Below, piece by piece: positions 60,692 to 64,000 of a stretch of 64,000 bases of DNA. Source of the DNA: an uncultured Chloroflexia bacterium (GTDB lineage Bacteria > Chloroflexota > Limnocylindria > Limnocylindrales > CSP1-4); NCBI GenBank assembly GCA_963766735.1, contig CAVYBU010000030.1, forward strand, positions 1 through 64,000, read 5' to 3'. The position numbers were made by a program, and so were the translations under genes. Position 1 is the first letter of the stretch. Every line of letters starts with the position of its first letter. The notes under the pieces were generated by a model. It had not been told where the DNA came from. It saw nothing but the letters and a program-made list of their open reading frames with translations, and searched no databases.

Positions 60692-61921
60692 TCAGGCGCG
60701 TGCGGCCGCCGCACGTCCGAACAGGTTCAGGCCCGCGCGTGCGGGTTCGCGCTCGGCGATGCCGAGCAGCCGGTCCGTCAGGGTCTGGAACTCGCCGCTG
60801 ATCTTCTCCTTGGGAGCCATCTCAACGAGCGCCCGGCCCTCGTTCGACGCCTTGACCTGGAGCAGTCCGCCGGAGCGGATCTGCGCGTAGGCGGGCATGC
60901 CCAGGGCCTTCTCCACGTCGGCCACGGAGACGCCGCTGGCGGCACGGTTGACGACCAGCGACAGGCGATCCCGCATGCCCAGCTCCTCGGCGACGTCGCG
61001 AAGGGTCAATGCGGCCCGGATTGCCGGCAGGTCCGGCGTGACCGGGACCAGGATCCGGTCGGCCTTGTCGAGAACGGCGCGGTTGAGCGGGCTGTAGGAC
61101 GGGTGGAGGTCCACGATCACCCAGTCGGTGGTCCGTCGCGCGACGGTGAGGGCTGTCGCCAGGCGGCCGGGTTCCAGGATCTCGTTGTGGATCGGGTTCG
61201 CGGTCAGCGGCAGGATCCTGATGCCAGACGTGTGCACGGAGGCCAGCTGGTCAAGGGTCTGAGCCGGGCCGCCCTCAAGCTCGTCGCGCCACGCGTCCAC
61301 GACCGTCGGGACGCCGTCCATGCCAAGCGAGGCCGGCACGTGGCCGGTGACCGTGTCCGCATCGACCAGCAGGACTCGCTGTCCGCGGGCGGCCAGAACC
61401 GTCGCGAGATTGGTGGCGATCATCGTCTTGCCAACCCCACCCTTGGGATTGAACACCGCGATCATCTGACCCCGTCCGCCCCAACTGCCCGACTCAAGCT
61501 CGCCCTGGAGGATCGGGCCGCTGCCGTCATCCACGGCGACCGACCGGATGCACATCGCCTCGATGCGCCACCGGATCGACTCGGCGGAGTAGGGGCGGGT
61601 CAGGTACTCGTCGCTGTCATGGCCGGGCGCCGACGCGTCGATCCTGTCAAGCGCCGCCCCGTTGACCACGAGCAGCGCCGGGATGTTCCGTCCCTGCTCG
61701 TGGAGCAGCGACCACGTGTAGGCGCCGCCGTCGAGCTCCCCTTCGACGTCCACGACGGCGACCGCCACATCCCTGCGGACGGCCAGCAGCACCGCCAGCT
61801 CGTGCGCATCGGCGACGGGGACCGGCTCGTAGCCGTTCTCGCGCAACTCGCTGGCGACGGGAGTCAGCTCCGCGTCAGGCAGCAGGATCGCGATAACGGG
61901 GCGGCGGTTCGAGGAGCCCAA
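60692..61921 (-). CDS. Receiver-like domain fused to a MinD/ParA ATPase (CpaE/TadZ-like)
   Basis: REC-like N-terminus (VAVVD, EYLTRPY), PKGGVGKT, LLVDAD, IVDL, LVVNR. Confidence 0.85.
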   Translation of the reverse strand: MGSSNRRPVIAILLPDAELTPVASELRENGYEPVPVADAHELAVLLAVRRDVAVAVVDVEGELDGGAYTWSLLHEQGRNIPALLVVNGAALDRIDASAPGHDSDEYLTRPYSAESIRWRIEAMCIRSVAVDDGSGPILQGELESGSWGGRGQMIAVFNPKGGVGKTMIATNLATVLAARGQRVLLVDADTVTGHVPASLGMDGVPTVVDAWRDELEGGPAQTLDQLASVHTSGIRILPLTANPIHNEILEPGRLATALTVARRTTDWVIVDLHPSYSPLNRAVLDKADRILVPVTPDLPAIRAALTLRDVAEELGMRDRLSLVVNRAASGVSVADVEKALGMPAYAQIRSGGLLQVKASNEGRALVEMAPKEKISGEFQTLTDRLLGIAEREPARAGLNLFGRAAAARA

Positions 61922-61925
61922 GGGG

Positions 61926-63467
61926 TCAGCCCTCCGTCTCGGGATCGCGCGCGGTCACGGACACGAGGCTGTCGGTAGCGCTGGTCACCCGCGCTGCGAA
62001 GCCGGGCATGCTCGGGATCGCGTCCCGGAACGACACGTCGGGCAGATGGGTCACGTTGAAGACGAACTCACCCTCCGGTCCCGAGGACACGGCGACTCCC
62101 TGTACGCCCGCCAGGCGGCCCAGGTGGCGCTTGAAGCTCGCGATGCTGGCCACGGAGACGAGTCCCGTGACGACCACCTGTGTCGTGCGGGGATCGCCGC
62201 CGATGGCGTCATCGCCGTGACCGGGCATCAGGCTCGCCAGGCGGTCCGTGAAGGACTGGGTCTCGGGGTCGAGGGCGTCGAGGCGGGCGGACATGGCGGC
62301 CTCGGCATCCACGGCCTCTGCAGCCACGGCCTCGGACTCGGTCTCCGCGTCCTCGGTGCCGATCAGCCGCTCCTCGACGGCCTCGTTGACGTCCGGGATG
62401 GTCGCGGTGGCGGCCATGACGGTGTCCGGATCGACCGGATCGACCGGATCGCCGCTATCGGCGTCGCCGGGGTCGCTCTCGGGCACGTCGGCCGTGGCCC
62501 AGCCCGAAGTGTCGTCGGCGCCGGCAGGATTCTCGTCGGCTCCGGTGGTCCAGGTCTGATCGGGCCTGCCCCAGGCACTCCCGGCTTCGTCCTCGGACAC
62601 TGCCTCGGCGACGGCCTGGGCCTCAGCCTCGGCGACGGCCTGGGCCTCAGCCTCGGCAACCGCCTCGGCAACTGCAGGCGCTTCTGCCTCGGCAACTGCC
62701 TCGGGCTCCGCTTCCACGATCTCGACCGGCGCGAACGCCGAGACGTCCATCGTGTCGAGGTTCGCCAGGGCATCGAGCGCGGGGGGCTCGGGCATTGCCT
62801 CAGCCATCGTGGCCAGTCGTGCGGGATCATCCACGCCCGCAAGCCCCTCCACGTAGGCTTCCATGTCCGCGCGGTACTGGACGACCGCACGATCGACTTC
62901 ACCCACGCGGCACTCGACAGCGGCGGCATGGGAGGCCAGCTCGGACTCGAGGGACGACTTGCGCGCCGCGATCCTGGCGTCGGTCTCTTCGCGGATGCGG
63001 GCGATTTCTGCCTTCGACCACTCCTTGATCGAGGCAAGGTCGGTCTCGGACTGGAGACGGATGCCCTGGGCTCCTTCCGCGGCAGCCGCACGGATGTCCT
63101 CGGTCACCTGCGTGGCGTCAGCATCGACCGCGGCGAGTGCCTGGTCGCGGGCGGACTCAGTGGTGGCCCGGATCGCCGCGGCCAGGTCGGTCATCAGCTG
63201 GGTGGGCTTCCTGGCCGCGTGTGGCTGCAGTGTCGGAGTAGCGGCCGGCGGGGTCATGTCGGGCTCCTCGACGGGTGGCTCGGCGGTCGGTGCCGGGCTG
63301 GTCCATGCTGCGGGATCGGATTGAGGCCAGGGCGAAGCGCCCTCGTCGGTCTGATCGGTGACGGCTTCGGGGCCTGCCTCGACCGGCTCAGCGCGATCAG
63401 CATCGTCATCTGAGTGATCAGAGCTCCAGGGGAGCCGGAATCCGGAGCGGGTATCGACGGTCGCCAT
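61926..63467 (-). CDS. Acidic coiled-coil protein with a small C-terminal alpha/beta domain
   Basis: GAGGA RBS; helical EWSKAEIARIREET region, Ala/Glu repeats, GLVSVASIASFKRHL C-terminal domain. Confidence 0.75.
   Translation of the reverse strand: MATVDTRSGFRLPWSSDHSDDDADRAEPVEAGPEAVTDQTDEGASPWPQSDPAAWTSPAPTAEPPVEEPDMTPPAATPTLQPHAARKPTQLMTDLAAAIRATTESARDQALAAVDADATQVTEDIRAAAAEGAQGIRLQSETDLASIKEWSKAEIARIREETDARIAARKSSLESELASHAAAVECRVGEVDRAVVQYRADMEAYVEGLAGVDDPARLATMAEAMPEPPALDALANLDTMDVSAFAPVEIVEAEPEAVAEAEAPAVAEAVAEAEAQAVAEAEAQAVAEAVSEDEAGSAWGRPDQTWTTGADENPAGADDTSGWATADVPESDPGDADSGDPVDPVDPDTVMAATATIPDVNEAVEERLIGTEDAETESEAVAAEAVDAEAAMSARLDALDPETQSFTDRLASLMPGHGDDAIGGDPRTTQVVVTGLVSVASIASFKRHLGRLAGVQGVAVSSGPEGEFVFNVTHLPDVSFRDAIPSMPGFAARVTSATDSLVSVTARDPETEG
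62602..62702 (-). repeat. 24-bp/12-bp coding tandem repeats (AEAQAVAE)
   Basis: gcctcggcgacggcctgggcctca x2 followed by degenerate copies. Confidence 0.8.
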
Positions 63468-63677
63468 TGGTTGGCACTTCCTCTGCGAGACGGGCGGGCC
63501 GGGGCCTGTGCGCACCATATGCGCTCGGACACGCTCGGGAGGAGTCTCTAGAGGTACCAGTGGACGGTTCCGGTGGTACCGGGGGGCCGCGCATTCCCGG
63601 GCCCCCCGGAGCAGGCCCGCACGGGCCGCGCGCCGCCATGGACCGGCGATCCGGTCCGGCCGATTACCATGGGGGCT

Positions 63678-64000
63678 GTGGAGCCCACCATCCAATCGTC
63701 CGTCGGTCCGTCCCATCGCTCGTCCACGTCCGCATCGGAGGCGTCGTCCGGGCCGCAGCCCCGGGCCGGCGACGCGTTCGATGGCATGCCCGGCCTGCCG
63801 GACAGGTTCGGGCGCGCGCTGCGCGACCTGCGCATCTCCGTCACGGACCGCTGCAACTTCCGGTGCGGGTACTGCATGCCGGCCGAGGTGTTCGGGCGCG
63901 ACTTCGCCTTCCTGCCGCGGTCGCAGGTCCTCGACTTCGAGGAGGTCACCCGCCTCGCCGCGATCTTCGTGCGGCTAGGGGTGCGCAAGCTCCGGATCAC
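63678..64000 (+). CDS. moaA: GTP 3',8-cyclase MoaA (partial, runs off the window)
   Basis: [26 protein letters not shown] (radical SAM CxxxCxxC); start uncertain (63669, 63678 or 63786). Confidence 0.93.
   Translation, partial: MEPTIQSSVGPSHRSSTSASEASSGPQPRAGDAFDGMPGLPDRFGRALRDLRISVTDRCNFRCGYCMPAEVFGRDFAFLPRSQVLDFEEVTRLAAIFVRLGVRKLRI

Noticed and set aside
62602-62702. Tandem repeats as a CRISPR array
   Set aside because: In-frame coding repeats with no spacers and no cas genes.
63540-63670. Moco riboswitch upstream of moaA
   Set aside because: I cannot match the consensus by eye, and moaA looks leaderless.

Overview
Very GC-rich, gene-dense bacterial window with about 58 CDS. No rRNA, tRNA, CRISPR array or transposase was seen. 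Gene content suggests a monoderm Chloroflexota, perhaps Limnocylindria-like (inference only). Order: TPR lipoprotein, AI-2E transporter, peptidoglycan-binding protein, trpS, hom-thrC-thrB, MFS transporter; a long coupled run lysC-birA-ECF sigma-anti-sigma-accD-accA-pseudo-accB-accC-fabZ-phosphoesterase-fabF-accB-fabH-fabG-rmlC; an LCP/priming-transferase/Wzx/Wzy glycan locus with nonulosonate (NeuA-PseG fusion, NeuB) and kinase genes; two GAF-GGDEF cyclases; polX, membrane protein, TPR protein and a degenerate DNA methylase/nuclease-like protein; DUF885; an IclR-linked amine catabolic pair; mscS; acs; a CpaE/MinD-like ATPase with an acidic coiled-coil partner; partial moaA. The top candidate for a new system is a lysine-less BCCP paralog (DLLG instead of EAMK, resembling plant BADC proteins) in the accB slot of the acetyl-CoA carboxylase operon, with an ECF sigma/anti-sigma pair embedded in the same operon. 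Other notable signals are pervasive leaderless promoters, including a 23-bp bidirectional one, and a pseudo-methyltransferase fused to a PD-(D/E)XK-like domain. Several single-base frameshifts in housekeeping genes look like assembly errors. All calls come from motif recognition by eye; no database searches were run.
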